From contig DASPRZ010000055.1 of the NCBI GenBank assembly GCA_035624185.1, forward strand, positions 1 to 61,838: a DNA stretch of 61,838 bases. The letters run 5' to 3'. Source of the DNA: Candidatus Acidiferrales bacterium (lineage in GTDB: Archaea > Halobacteriota > Bog-38 > Methanoflorentales > Methanoflorentaceae). This document shows, piece by piece, positions 45,817 to 55,920 of this stretch. The first letter of the stretch is position 1, and each line of letters opens with the position of its first letter. Below the pieces are notes generated by a model. That model saw only the letters and a list, made by a program, of their open reading frames with translations. It had not been told where the DNA came from and made no database searches. The translations under genes were made by a program, and so were the position numbers.

Positions 45817-46698
45817 TCATGTCTCATATTCACTTACCAGAACGAAGTTTTTGATTCTTGGAGTGATGAACCTGACAAACAAGTAAAAAAAGAAGACGAT
45901 GGTTGTTATAAAGAAGCTCACTGGGTACGGCTCAAAAAAACCAATAAAGAGCCCTAACCACGTTGCTATCAGAGCAATGACTGTAGAAATAATTATGACT
46001 CGCCCCGGTCGTTTTGCCAATAGCTGAGCCGTCGCAGCTGGCGTGACCATCAATGAGAAAATGAGGAGGACACCAACTACTTGAACCGCAAACGACGTTG
46101 CTACCGCGACTAGGAGCATGAAAATTATGCCGAGCAAAACCACGGGCAATCCTTTTGCTTCCGCCACATCTTCATCGAGCGATGCAAACAACAGAGGTCG
46201 ATAAACAAACGAAATGAAAACGATAACTATCACGCCGGCAATAAGTGTTAAAAGGACATTGCTGAAACTGACGCCTAATATTTCTCCAAATAAGATGGAG
46301 TACGCTTCAGTTGCATAGCCGGTGTAGAGGCTGAGGAACAACACACCTAGGCCAAGCATGAGTGCGAGGACTATTCCGATTTCGACGTCGCGATTAGCTG
46401 CACGTCGGCCAAGCATAGCTATCCCAAGTCCGCCCACGCTTGTGAAGAGGAGAAGACCGTAAACTGGGCTGACCCCGACTAATACGGCCGCCGCTGCCCC
46501 AGAGAAACCGATGTGGGAGAGCGCATGCGCTGCGAATGAAGAACGGCGCAACACTACGAAGTAGCCAACAATGCCCGCTATGATTGCGACTACTGTTCCT
46601 GCCTCGAAGGCGTGCTGCATGAACTGGTACTGAAACATCTGTTGCAGGTCGATCAATGGATTAATGCTGAAAGTCATTCTGTTCGACATCCGTGGCAA
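45817..46698 (-). CDS. metal (Zn/Mn/Fe) ABC transporter permease, ABC-3 family
   Basis: Polytopic membrane protein in an operon with a TroA/ZnuA-like binding protein and an ATPase. Confidence 0.85.
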   Translation of the reverse strand: MPRMSNRMTFSINPLIDLQQMFQYQFMQHAFEAGTVVAIIAGIVGYFVVLRRSSFAAHALSHIGFSGAAAAVLVGVSPVYGLLLFTSVGGLGIAMLGRRAANRDVEIGIVLALMLGLGVLFLSLYTGYATEAYSILFGEILGVSFSNVLLTLIAGVIVIVFISFVYRPLLFASLDEDVAEAKGLPVVLLGIIFMLLVAVATSFAVQVVGVLLIFSLMVTPAATAQLLAKRPGRVIIISTVIALIATWLGLFIGFFEPYPVSFFITTIVFFFYLFVRFITPRIKNFVLVSEYET

Positions 46699-47471
46699 TC
46701 TTCAATGCCTACAACTGCAATGTTACCCCTAGAGTCTTGAAGAACCTCAACTTGAACCCCGAACAAAGCCGAGAGACTTGCTGATGTCAGGACCTCTTTC
46801 GGCGTCCCGGTCGCCACCTTGCCGTTAGCGATGTAAATCACTTTATCGAGATACGGCAAAAGAGGGTTGATGTTATGGGCTATCAGAAGTACGGTCACGT
46901 TGCGCGATCGAACTACACTGTTTATAAGCTGAAGCAACTCTCTTTCGCGCCTCATGTCAAGATTCGATAAAGGTTCATCGAGCAAAAGGAGAGTAGGTTT
47001 GCTTACCAGCGCTTCTGCCAGAAATATCCTCTGCAGTTCTCCGCCCGACAATACGCCGAGAGACCGGTGGGCAAAGTCTGTAGCTCCAACGTCTTCCAGC
47101 ACGTCAAGAGCAGCTTTGCGGTCTTCGTGGGAAAACAGGCCCAGACCCCATTTTTTGCCGGAGAATCCCAGTCGCACAAGTTCAAGGGATTCAACATTTG
47201 CGTCACTGTCGAATATGTGACGCTGAGGTACGTAAGAAATCTGTGGATTGCCACGTTTGGGCGCTGCACCGAATATCTTGATCGTCCCGCTGACGGGTTG
47301 CTGCAAACCAAGTAGCAAACGAAACAGAGTCGTCTTGCCTGCTCCGTTAGGGCCGATAACCGCTACAAACTCGCCTCGATTGATTGAGAGACTGGCGTCT
47401 CGCCAAACTATTTTGCCTGGATATCCGGCCACTAGATTCTTGGACGTGATGATCTCGTACTGTGTACTCAT
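46674..47471 (-). CDS. metal ABC transporter ATP-binding protein (ZnuC/TroB-like)
   Basis: GPNGAGKTT, LSGGELQR, LLLDEP. Confidence 0.88.
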   Translation of the reverse strand: MSTQYEIITSKNLVAGYPGKIVWRDASLSINRGEFVAVIGPNGAGKTTLFRLLLGLQQPVSGTIKIFGAAPKRGNPQISYVPQRHIFDSDANVESLELVRLGFSGKKWGLGLFSHEDRKAALDVLEDVGATDFAHRSLGVLSGGELQRIFLAEALVSKPTLLLLDEPLSNLDMRRERELLQLINSVVRSRNVTVLLIAHNINPLLPYLDKVIYIANGKVATGTPKEVLTSASLSALFGVQVEVLQDSRGNIAVVGIEDCHGCRTE

Positions 47472-47474
47472 TCG

Positions 47475-48410
47475 TTATTTCAAAAGGGCTTCTTGGTTAA
47501 GTGCATTCTGAAGAATGATTAGCTGCGCATTCATCCAGTCTTGGAACGAGACATCTGGTGGTTGGATAGTCTCCGTCACTGGAACGATCGGAATGTTATG
47601 TTGAGAGGCCAATGTTTTGATGCTCTGAGTGAGCGGCGTCACCGTTTGCTCATTGTAGACCAGCACTTTAACAGTTCCGTTCGTAATAAGCTGATCGAAC
47701 TGCACGACGCTCTGCGCTGGGGGGTCATTTCCTTCGGCGACAGCTTCCATGAATGCAGGAGGAGACAAAAGGTCAAGACCAGTGGCGTTCGCCAGATACA
47801 CGAAGATGCTCTCTGTCGATGCTACTTTCGCGCCTCCAAACTGTTGCTTTATCGCAGCGATACGCTCGTTGTATGCCGCAAGCGATGCGTTCAACTTATC
47901 ATACTGCTGTGCATAGTATGAAGCTTGAGAGGGATCTATCGAAACAAGATCCTGATACATAGCCTTCACTGTTTCATTCACATAAGTAGGACTGTACCAG
48001 AAGTGAGGATTGGCACCTTCCGTCTGGTTTATGAGTTTCTGTACGTTTAAGACTTCTCGATTTGGACTACTGCTTGCATCTATAAGCTTTTGAGCCCAAG
48101 TGTCATATCCGGCTCCGTTAATAATTACGAGCTGGGCATCCGCTATTGATCTGGCGTCAGCGGTATTGCTTTCGTATTCGTGAGGGTCAACATTGGGGTC
48201 TGTAACGATACTCGTCACACTAACCCGTGTTCCGCCAAGCTGAGTTATCAGACTGCCCCAGAAATTTTCGGCGGCAACTACGTGTATCACTCCACTAGAA
48301 CTTGTGGAGCTGGAAGTTGTATGGTTTAAGAGATAAAAACCTGCGAAGGCTCCGGAGACAATTAACAGAACCAAAACGGTTGCAATAATTACATAATTAG
48401 TTCTCTTCAT
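47475..48410 (-). CDS. metal ABC transporter substrate-binding protein (TroA/ZnuA cluster-9 family)
   Basis: N-terminal anchor followed by a Ser/Thr linker. DPHEYE and NPHFWYSP motifs are typical of the family. Confidence 0.85.
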   Translation of the reverse strand: MKRTNYVIIATVLVLLIVSGAFAGFYLLNHTTSSSTSSSGVIHVVAAENFWGSLITQLGGTRVSVTSIVTDPNVDPHEYESNTADARSIADAQLVIINGAGYDTWAQKLIDASSSPNREVLNVQKLINQTEGANPHFWYSPTYVNETVKAMYQDLVSIDPSQASYYAQQYDKLNASLAAYNERIAAIKQQFGGAKVASTESIFVYLANATGLDLLSPPAFMEAVAEGNDPPAQSVVQFDQLITNGTVKVLVYNEQTVTPLTQSIKTLASQHNIPIVPVTETIQPPDVSFQDWMNAQLIILQNALNQEALLK

Positions 48411-48453
48411 TGTCTTACCTTCTTGTATGTGTATTGTAATCAGCTACGTCTCT

Positions 48454-48497
48454 GCCGGCTAAGGGCAGGCCGGCTAAGGGCAGGCCGGCTAAGGGCA
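48454..48497. repeat. Tandem repeat GCCGGCTAAGGGCAG x3 just upstream of the metal ABC operon
   Basis: Read directly from the sequence. It generates the low-complexity track ORF 48423..48668. Confidence 0.9.
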
Positions 48498-48839
48498 CGT
48501 TTAGCTGAAATATCGCAAACGACTGCTGCCACCATCGCCGCAGTCGCGAGCCGTTGCGTTGTTATGGTTTGGTGGTGCGTAATAATGAGGGTGATCGAAA
48601 TGAGCACGACTGCCAGCACCTACCAAGAGATTATCCACTGGATCGAAAAGACGCCATTTGACAAATGAATATGCGCCATCGACAATTCCCCACGTGATTT
48701 AGTGTAGTACAGTACACAACACCACCCTACATGTGCATGCATCCTACTCTACATATATAAATACATTTGGATCCATTAGGATAGGAATAAGAGCCTTACG
48801 CGAAATAGCCAGCGCGCCGCTTGTACGAGCAATTTGACT

Positions 48840-49223
48840 TCCTCCCGTAGCGCTTTCAGAGCTTTGTCAAGCCGTGCTGCACACGCTTGAAGGATTTCAT
48901 CGATTTCGCGCTGCTTTTTCCATCTGCGATGCCCTGCCGCACTTCACTGAGCCATTCGTTGGGTACGCAGCGCCACTTCCCATGCTGCCGCGAGAGCTTA
49001 AAATAGTAGTTGGGGCCGTGCAGCGGCTCTCCGTCGCAGCACTATAGACGCAGCATTGTTTGCGATATTTCAGGTGGAGCTTCCGTTTGCCGCTGGGGTG
49101 CATAAGAACTTCACTCAACTCATCGGCATTCTCACAGATCCATCTATTGGGTCGTTGATTGCGTTTATTGTCCATATCTTGAGTGTCTCCATCGGCAACG
49201 GATAGGGGATGATAGGGCCACAC
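48840..49223 (-). pseudogene. frameshifted paralog of ORF 43736..44245
   Basis: Pieces HGPNYYFKLSRQHGKW and DWKKQREIDEILQ.. (after a shift) parallel HGPYYYFEPSRQHGKW and DWKKQQDIDKAMQ. Confidence 0.55.
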
Positions 49224-49839
49224 ACCTTCGTCAACGCCAGCGAGGTAATCAGCGCATATTACCTCTTTACTTTTGCGACCCGCCGATTTGAGCTCTTCAC
49301 ATCAGGGCTGTATCTGTGTTTGGTGGATTGCTCGTCGGGAACGTACTATCAGCACGCACCATTCTAATTTCAGGAATACAAGGGAGCACACTGAGGGGAA
49401 CTGAACTATTCATGTACTTGCTCCAAACCCCTATATTGAGTCTATTCGTCGCCGAGTCGAAGCGATTGTGACGGGATCTATCGGTATAATGTTTGGGCAA
49501 GGTATGGAAAGACCTAATCGTTGAAGTGGCCGTGACTTAAATGAAGTGGCAATAAATCGTGCTTGCAGTACTTCTCATCGGAGCTGTTGCATTGCGTTCC
49601 CTCTGTGAATGGCCACTCGCATCAGCATGGAGGACATTGAGAACTGCCTGACTAATACCTCAGAGGGAAAGCAAGGGCACCTTCTATCCTGATCCATTAA
49701 ACATTAACCGAACCTCAACCGTCATTTACCACATCTGTCATAATTAACTGCACCTCGTGCTTGTAGAATATGGTATCACGCACAGACTATCTGCCTGAAC
49801 ATGATAACAAACTTCGCCATACTCTCGGTTGCCGATATT

Positions 49840-50938
49840 TTACTTCACCTTATACCTCTTCAATCGCAACGAATTGGCGACAACAGATACGGAACTAAGA
49901 GCCATAGCTCCTGCGGCAAATTCGGGACGGAGAAGTCCTAATGCCGCAACAGGGATTCCGACGGTGTTATAGATAAGCGCCCACCCGAAATTTTGCCGAA
50001 TTGTATTCATAGTCTTTTTCGAAAGCTTTATACTTGCCACTACGTCCCTTAAGTCACCCTTTACAAGTGTTATGTCGGACGCCTCTATTGCAATATCAGT
50101 ACCAGTCCCGATTGCTATCCCAATATCAGCTTGAGTTAACGCTGGGGCGTCGTTCATTCCATCGCCCACCATGGCCACTATGCGGCCTCCTTCTCGTAAT
50201 AGCCTCACTTCGGGATTTGTCTTGTGGAAGAACTTCCGAGAACACCTTGTCTATTTTCACTTGTCTCGCAGTGGCATTAGCTGTCATCTGGTTATCGCCC
50301 GTTATCATTGCTGTTTTGATCTCCATGTCTCGCAATTCCGTGATAACGCCCGACGCCTCCTCTCGTACTGTGTCAGCGAGCGCTATGGCCCCTTCCAATA
50401 CATTGTTGACCGCTAGCAGCATGACAGTTTTTCCTAGCTGATTCCGATATCCGATAATCTCCTGTTCTCTAAGTGTCCTCTCTCGGTCAACTCTCGCCGC
50501 TTTGGCTTCGACGGGCGGAACTTCCGACACGTCGTAACCAGTATTTTGAATGGTTTGTATAATGGTATTAATGGTCGCTATGGATGGATCATAGTCGATC
50601 ACCGCCTTGGCGGTGACTGGATTAATGCTTGCATCAATAACTCCAGGCACTTCTTTAAGGGTATTTTCGATTGCAGTAGTGCACGCAACGCATATAATGC
50701 CCGTGATATCAAACTCAGTTCTCTCTATATCGACATCGTACCCGGAGTCTCGTATTGCCTGCGCGAGTTGTTTGGACGCTATTTTATCCGGCTTATACGT
50801 TACCGTGGCCCACGCTAAAGCAAAGTTGACAGTCGCATGTGTCACTCCCTCTAGGTTCGAGAGTTGTTTCTCGATAGTGAGGGCGCACATCGTGCACGTC
50901 ATTCCAAGGATCTTAAACGTGACGGTAGTTTCTGTCAT
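49840..50938 (-). pseudogene. copA pseudogene (internal ~1.3-kb deletion plus frameshift)
   Basis: Both HMA domains run up to GYRNQL and then jump directly to [11 protein letters not shown], so the TM/actuator/phosphorylation region is missing. A frameshift lies near 50208. The flanks are also homologous to the copA locus. Confidence 0.85.
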
Positions 50939-51067
50939 TCGAAAGCCTAATAAAGCGTCTCTCCATAATAGATTGTAACGGATATCAATTTACAGGGGTC
51001 ATCATAAGTTTATTGCCGTAGTTATAATGGGAACGGTGGCACCTCTCGTTTATGGTAAGGGCTCTTG

Positions 51068-51253
51068 TTATATTTGCCAGAAGGCTGCTACTCTATCAGC
51101 ATTTACGTAGTCTCTACGGTTATCGTGCTCAAGAATTATCACGCCGTCTGCACTCCCAACTACTTTCCCTTTGAGGGTTTCATTTGGCCTCCCCCCAAAG
51201 TATACCTCTATCTCTTTGTCGTAGAAGTGCTCGGAAACAGTTTTATCCATCAT
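51068..51253 (-). CDS. 61-aa paralog of the copA-upstream small protein
   Basis: AGGAGGTGA RBS. About 85% identical to 10937..11122. Confidence 0.6.
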   Translation of the reverse strand: MMDKTVSEHFYDKEIEVYFGGRPNETLKGKVVGSADGVIILEHDNRRDYVNADRVAAFWQI

Positions 51254-51814
51254 AGTGTATCACCTCCTGGAAAAATTGCCATTAACTTTTTTTTGAATTG
51301 CATATTTGTTAATAGTTTCCTTGTGCAGTCGAAAAACTGCCAATTGAGGAACATGTGAGTGTAGACACCATACGGTATATATATTAAACTTAAGCCGTCA
51401 CTCAGATAAACTCGTACATTGAAGGAGCGCGTTATGATCTAAAGATGGCAAGGGAAAGGCCGAACTGCATTGCTAGTTTTTACCTAGGTGCACGTAGATA
51501 CGCGCTGGAATCCTTGGCATCAATACAAGTCAACCTGCTGTTCAAGAACGGCGATCTGCTGGAACTGTATGCCGAAAATAAACAAGCTGAAATGGCCGCG
51601 GATGCTTCGTTGACATTTTTTCAACTGTTTAATAAATAAGAACGTGCTTTCGTGTTATCAGTGTAATATTATTATTCGCAGGAGCTCACCGATTTCTGCG
51701 TCTTCATGTTCACATGCCCTACCATGACAAATCATTTAATACCGTATATTTACTTGATTCTCTTCCTCCATTTATTCTTCAAATGGTAAATTGTTTAGGA
51801 TGATGTACTCTCTC

Positions 51815-52072
51815 TCACCACGTCACTTGAATCGCTTCTTCGAGCGGCATAGCAGGTGCGATATGAGCCACGCCCAAGGATCTGAATGGTCCCGTAATCT
51901 TGAGCAGTGTTTCTTCATCAGGCGCGTCGAAGATTGCGACAGACATATGTCTGCCGATAAGAACGTAACGTCCTATCACGTTCACATTTTCGGGATACCT
52001 GAAGTGCTTCCACAATTCGACCACCCGATTGGCATGATCGGGATCAAATTTGTACCATAAAACGAACAACAT
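51815..52072 (-). CDS. DUF3303-like small protein (paralog of 36271..36528)
   Basis: 85 aa, about 85% identical. Confidence 0.6.
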   Translation of the reverse strand: MLFVLWYKFDPDHANRVVELWKHFRYPENVNVIGRYVLIGRHMSVAIFDAPDEETLLKITGPFRSLGVAHIAPAMPLEEAIQVTW

Positions 52073-52422
52073 TCTTCCTCACTTTCCAATAATTGATTAA
52101 TTTAGGGACGCTCGAACAGAGCTTGCCTGTTCTTGACTTCAAGAAAAGAAAATCTTATGTTAAGGTGCCATTTGTCATGGCACTTTCTCTTCTTGAGGTA
52201 GAACATTAAAGAAAATGACCAGTTTGGCAATAACACTTTCACCCTTTTTTCTGGTTCCAGCTTTATCAGTGTGCGGCTGCCTCTATTGTGAGTAGTTACT
52301 GCCGCAATAGAAATGAAAAACAAATAAACAATATTTTAGTGCTTTTACTCTAAAACGGAAAGATGCTCATATTACTATTAACCTGATTTGATACTTTCAA
52401 TTTCTCAAAACTACTTAAAGTA

Positions 52423-52890
52423 ATGCACAATATTGCTTCTAACAAAGAATTTAATATTATAAATAACATAATATATAAAATAAAAAACAATTTGTCACGG
52501 AATAAACTGATTAACCTCGAATTGATGGGAAAAGCGTTTCGAGTGCAAATTTTGCAAATTGTTATGACAACTCCTAAAATTCTTATACTCGATGCCAATG
52601 ATCGTACGATCTACACTATCGCGATGCAACAACTGAGACGTATCGATCGCGAAATATGCAGACAGAAACAAAGTTTTCGAAATAAGCATAAAACGCATGT
52701 AAAGTCGATGCTGCATTTTATTCTGCCAGACATTCATGAAGTTGAGATTCGGGCCAAAGAGATCAAAGACAAAAATCTAAGACTCGAGCTTCGAGAAGAA
52801 ATAGTCGAGCGGAAGAGGAAATACTACGAACTGTATGATGAAGTACAGGATACGATTTTTTTGAACCGAGGTTTTTGTGGTCATCACTAA
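52423..52890 (+). CDS. hypothetical protein (AT-rich region)
   Basis: ORF only, with no recognised motif. Confidence 0.3.
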   Translation: MHNIASNKEFNIINNIIYKIKNNLSRNKLINLELMGKAFRVQILQIVMTTPKILILDANDRTIYTIAMQQLRRIDREICRQKQSFRNKHKTHVKSMLHFILPDIHEVEIRAKEIKDKNLRLELREEIVERKRKYYELYDEVQDTIFLNRGFCGHH

Positions 52891-53094
52891 CGCAGAGAAA
52901 ACCTCCATTTAAGGTCAGGACGTTTCGAGGATCATGTTCAAGTCGTGCGGAGTTAATTCCCTCAAGCTAAACGAAACTACCCCCCAACCCTGTCACGCGG
53001 ACAGTAAACCGCAACCCCCTATATGCCCGAAACTTGCTTTTTGCAGCGAGGCTAGAGAGTGCTTTCACGTGATTGTGTTTGTTCTTGAGATTAA

Positions 53095-53205
53095 GGCTTG
53101 GTGCCATCTCTTTCACGAGTTTTATCCACGAGCTCTACACTCAGGGCAAGCTCTCTTACTCTCCCAAAAATGTTCAAATAACTTTAATTTGTTTCGATAA
53201 GACTA
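53095..53205 (-). pseudogene. remnant of the small wHTH gene (N-terminal ~37 codons)
   Basis: SSLIETN*SYLNIFGRVRELALSVELV parallels MSSLIEIDHNDLNIFDRVRELPPSVKLV of 43049..43306. Confidence 0.55.
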
Positions 53206-53232
53206 CTCGGTTGCGTAACGATAATTATTGAC

Positions 53233-53272
53233 GGAGTTAGTGTGTCACTTAAGGAGTTAGTGTGTCACTTAA
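53233..53272. repeat. Tandem repeat GGAGTTAGTGTGTCACTTAA x2 just downstream of nadA
   Basis: Two exact 20-bp copies. Confidence 0.9.
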
Positions 53273-53284
53273 GTTATCATATCT

Positions 53285-54190
53285 CTAAATCTCAAGCATC
53301 TTATCAAGAGCCTTTTTTGCCTGCACTCTCACGTCTTCAGCGACGGTTATTTTATACTCCATATTATTAAGTGCATCAACAACTTTCTGAAGGGTCGTAA
53401 GTTTCATGTTTGGACATACTGCATGCTCTGAGGGAGAATAAAACTCTTTGTCTGGGTTTTCTTTTTGTAGTCTGTAAAGTAGCCCAACTTCTGTTCCTAT
53501 GAGCATCCTCTTTGCATTACTAATTTTCGCGTGTCGTAGCATCCCTCCAGTGCCATACACGTAATCAGCAACTTCAATGACCTCTGGCCGGCACTCAGGG
53601 TGCACCACTACTTCAATATCAGGAATCTCGTGCTTTTTCATAAGGATATCACCGAGGGTAATGTTCTCATGCGTAGGGCAGAAGCCGTTCCAAGCTATAA
53701 TCTCCTTATCAGTCTTGGACTGCACGAAGTATGCGAGGTTTATGTCTGGCACAAATATGACTTGGTCGCTATCAACCGAGTTTATCACGTTTATTACGTT
53801 TGCTGACGTGCAACAAATATCGCTTTTAGCCTTGACGTCAGCCGGCGTATTTACGTAGCACACCACTGTTGCTTGGGGATGTTCCCGCCTTAATGCCTGA
53901 ACATCCGCGGCAGTTATCATGTGAGACATTGGGCACGTAGCGTTCTTCACTGGTAGGAGCACGGTCTTCTCAGGAGACAAAATATACGCACTCTCTGCCA
54001 TAAAGTCGACCCCGCAAAATACGACGATGTCACAATCTATCTGAGAGGCAATTCGAGAGAGCTCAAATGAGTCTCCAACATAATCGGCCGCTTCTTGTAT
54101 TTCTCCTATTTGGTAATTATGGGCAAGAATTATAGCGTTTTGATCATTTTTTAATTCTTTTAAACGGTTGCCCATGTTTTCACTTGTCAA
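53285..54190 (-). CDS. nadA: quinolinate synthase NadA
   Basis: ILAHNYQ, ATCPMSHM, VVHPECRPEV, AVCPNMKLTT. Confidence 0.92.
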   Translation of the reverse strand: MTSENMGNRLKELKNDQNAIILAHNYQIGEIQEAADYVGDSFELSRIASQIDCDIVVFCGVDFMAESAYILSPEKTVLLPVKNATCPMSHMITAADVQALRREHPQATVVCYVNTPADVKAKSDICCTSANVINVINSVDSDQVIFVPDINLAYFVQSKTDKEIIAWNGFCPTHENITLGDILMKKHEIPDIEVVVHPECRPEVIEVADYVYGTGGMLRHAKISNAKRMLIGTEVGLLYRLQKENPDKEFYSPSEHAVCPNMKLTTLQKVVDALNNMEYKITVAEDVRVQAKKALDKMLEI

Positions 54191-54506
54191 GTGGTTTGCA
54201 GACGCCCCCTTCTCCCTTTATGATGCGGCAAATTTCACAGATTTTTTCACTAATGTCAACATCCTTGTTCTCAATAATATCTCGAGATAAAGTTTTGATT
54301 GAACCTTGGACTTCATCGCTTATAGGGATAGCGCTCCCGCGTTTGCTATTCACATAATAGCTCACTGCCGATTGCGTTATTCCCAGGCATCCTGAGACCT
54401 CCTTTTGAGGGAGACCTAGTTTCACGAGTTCTTTTGCGATTTCAGCGCGGATTTTTGGAAGAACATACCAGACAGCTATCTCACAAGGCGACTTTTGTTC
54501 TTTCAT
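54180..54506 (-). CDS. HTH transcriptional regulator with conserved Cys residues (paralog of 42623..43009)
   Basis: PCEIAVWYVLPKIRAE, HTH CLGITQSAVSYYV, CEIC. Overlaps the nadA start by 11 nt. Confidence 0.7.
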   Translation of the reverse strand: MKEQKSPCEIAVWYVLPKIRAEIAKELVKLGLPQKEVSGCLGITQSAVSYYVNSKRGSAIPISDEVQGSIKTLSRDIIENKDVDISEKICEICRIIKGEGGVCKPLDK

Positions 54507-54536
54507 TGTCTATAAAAGTAAGTATGGCTAGAGTTA

Positions 54537-54552
54537 TATAACAATTGTTATA
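54537..54552. promoter_or_regulatory. Perfect 16-bp palindrome TATAACAATTGTTATA (site 1)
   Basis: Lies in the divergent regulator-nadA / metY intergenic region. Confidence 0.6.
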
Positions 54553-54605
54553 ATAATAGGAGCAGTTTCTGTCACTTCCCAAAGATTTAAGAGCGACATT
54601 TTAAG

Positions 54606-54621
54606 TATAACAATTGTTATA
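54606..54621. promoter_or_regulatory. Perfect 16-bp palindrome TATAACAATTGTTATA (site 2)
   Basis: Identical to site 1. Ends 30 nt upstream of the metY ATG. Confidence 0.6.
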
Positions 54622-54651
54622 TTTGAATTGTAAATTGATACAGGTGAAATC

Positions 54652-55920
54652 ATGCCAGGACAAGGAACGAAAGCTCTACATGGGGGACAAATACCAGACC
54701 CCTCAACAAAGGCACGAGCGGTACCGATTTACCAAACGACGTCGTTTGTATTTGACAGCACGGAACACGCTGCGAATCTATTTGCCTTGAAAGAACTCGG
54801 CAATATTTACTCGAGGATCATGAACCCGACGTGTGACGTTCTCGAGCAGAGAATAGCGCAGCTTGAAGGGGGCAAGGCAAGTCTTGCGGTTGCAAGTGGC
54901 CAATCAGCTACCACATTGTCACTTCTGAACATTGCGAGGCCAGGGGATGAGATTGTATCTTCGTCGCTGCTTTATGGTGGGACGTACACGCTATTTTCCT
55001 CAACTCTTGCAAAAATGGGCATTAAAATACATCTGATAGATTCACGGAATCCTGAGAATTTCAACAGCTACGTCAACAACAAGACGAAAGCATTTTTCGG
55101 CGAGACCATTGGCAATCCGAGCTTAGATGTACTAGACATTGAAACGGTGGCTAGCATAGCGCATGATAACGGGGTGCCGCTTATCGTTGACAACACTGCC
55201 GCGTCTCCTATTTTAAGCAGACCGATAGAGCTTGGGGCGGACATAGTTGTGCACAGTCTCACTAAATTCCTCGGTGGGCACGGAACATCCATTGGCGGTA
55301 TCATCGTAGATGGTGGAAATTTTGATTGGACCAACGGAAAATTCCCTGATTTTACCGAACCTGATCCGACGTATAACGGCATTAAATATTCAGAAGCGTT
55401 TGGGGACCTAGCATTTATCGTGAAGGCACGAGTTCATCTGCTTCGAGATATTGGCCCAGCACTAAGTCCATTTAACGCTTTTCTCACCCTCCAAGGAGTT
55501 GAAACACTCCACTTGCGGATGGAAAAACACTCTTCCAACGCACTCGAAGTAGCAAAGTTCCTTCAAGGGCACGATAAAGTTTCGTGGGTGAGCTATCCAG
55601 GGCTTGAAGGGCATCCCTCTTATGAGCTATCCAAGAAATATTTGTCAAAAGGGGCAAGTGCCTTGGTAGGATTCGGGGTGAAAGGTGGATACGAGGCAGC
55701 AGTAAAAGTTATTGAAAGTGTAAAGCTCTTCAGCCATCTCGTTAACATTGGAGATTCGAAATCTTTAATTGTACATCCAGCGAGTACTACCCACCAACAG
55801 CTGAGTGGTGAGGAGAAAATAAGCGCAGGGGTAACTGATGATTTCATACGGTTATCAATCGGAATAGAAGATGTTGAGGATATCCTAGAGGACTTGAACC
55901 AAGCGTTATCATGCGTGTAA
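54652..55920 (+). CDS. metY: O-acetylhomoserine (thiol)-lyase / sulfhydrylase
   Basis: PLP fold type [12 protein letters not shown] Lys context and C-terminal IRLSIGIED. Confidence 0.9.
   Translation: MPGQGTKALHGGQIPDPSTKARAVPIYQTTSFVFDSTEHAANLFALKELGNIYSRIMNPTCDVLEQRIAQLEGGKASLAVASGQSATTLSLLNIARPGDEIVSSSLLYGGTYTLFSSTLAKMGIKIHLIDSRNPENFNSYVNNKTKAFFGETIGNPSLDVLDIETVASIAHDNGVPLIVDNTAASPILSRPIELGADIVVHSLTKFLGGHGTSIGGIIVDGGNFDWTNGKFPDFTEPDPTYNGIKYSEAFGDLAFIVKARVHLLRDIGPALSPFNAFLTLQGVETLHLRMEKHSSNALEVAKFLQGHDKVSWVSYPGLEGHPSYELSKKYLSKGASALVGFGVKGGYEAAVKVIESVKLFSHLVNIGDSKSLIVHPASTTHQQLSGEEKISAGVTDDFIRLSIGIEDVEDILEDLNQALSCV

Noticed and set aside
48423-48668. 81-aa ORF with RLRAGRLRAGRLRA, and the 59-aa minus-strand ORF 48440..48619.
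   Set aside because: Both are driven by the 15-bp tandem repeat. No RBS or recognisable motif is present. They are kept only as a remark under the repeat finding.
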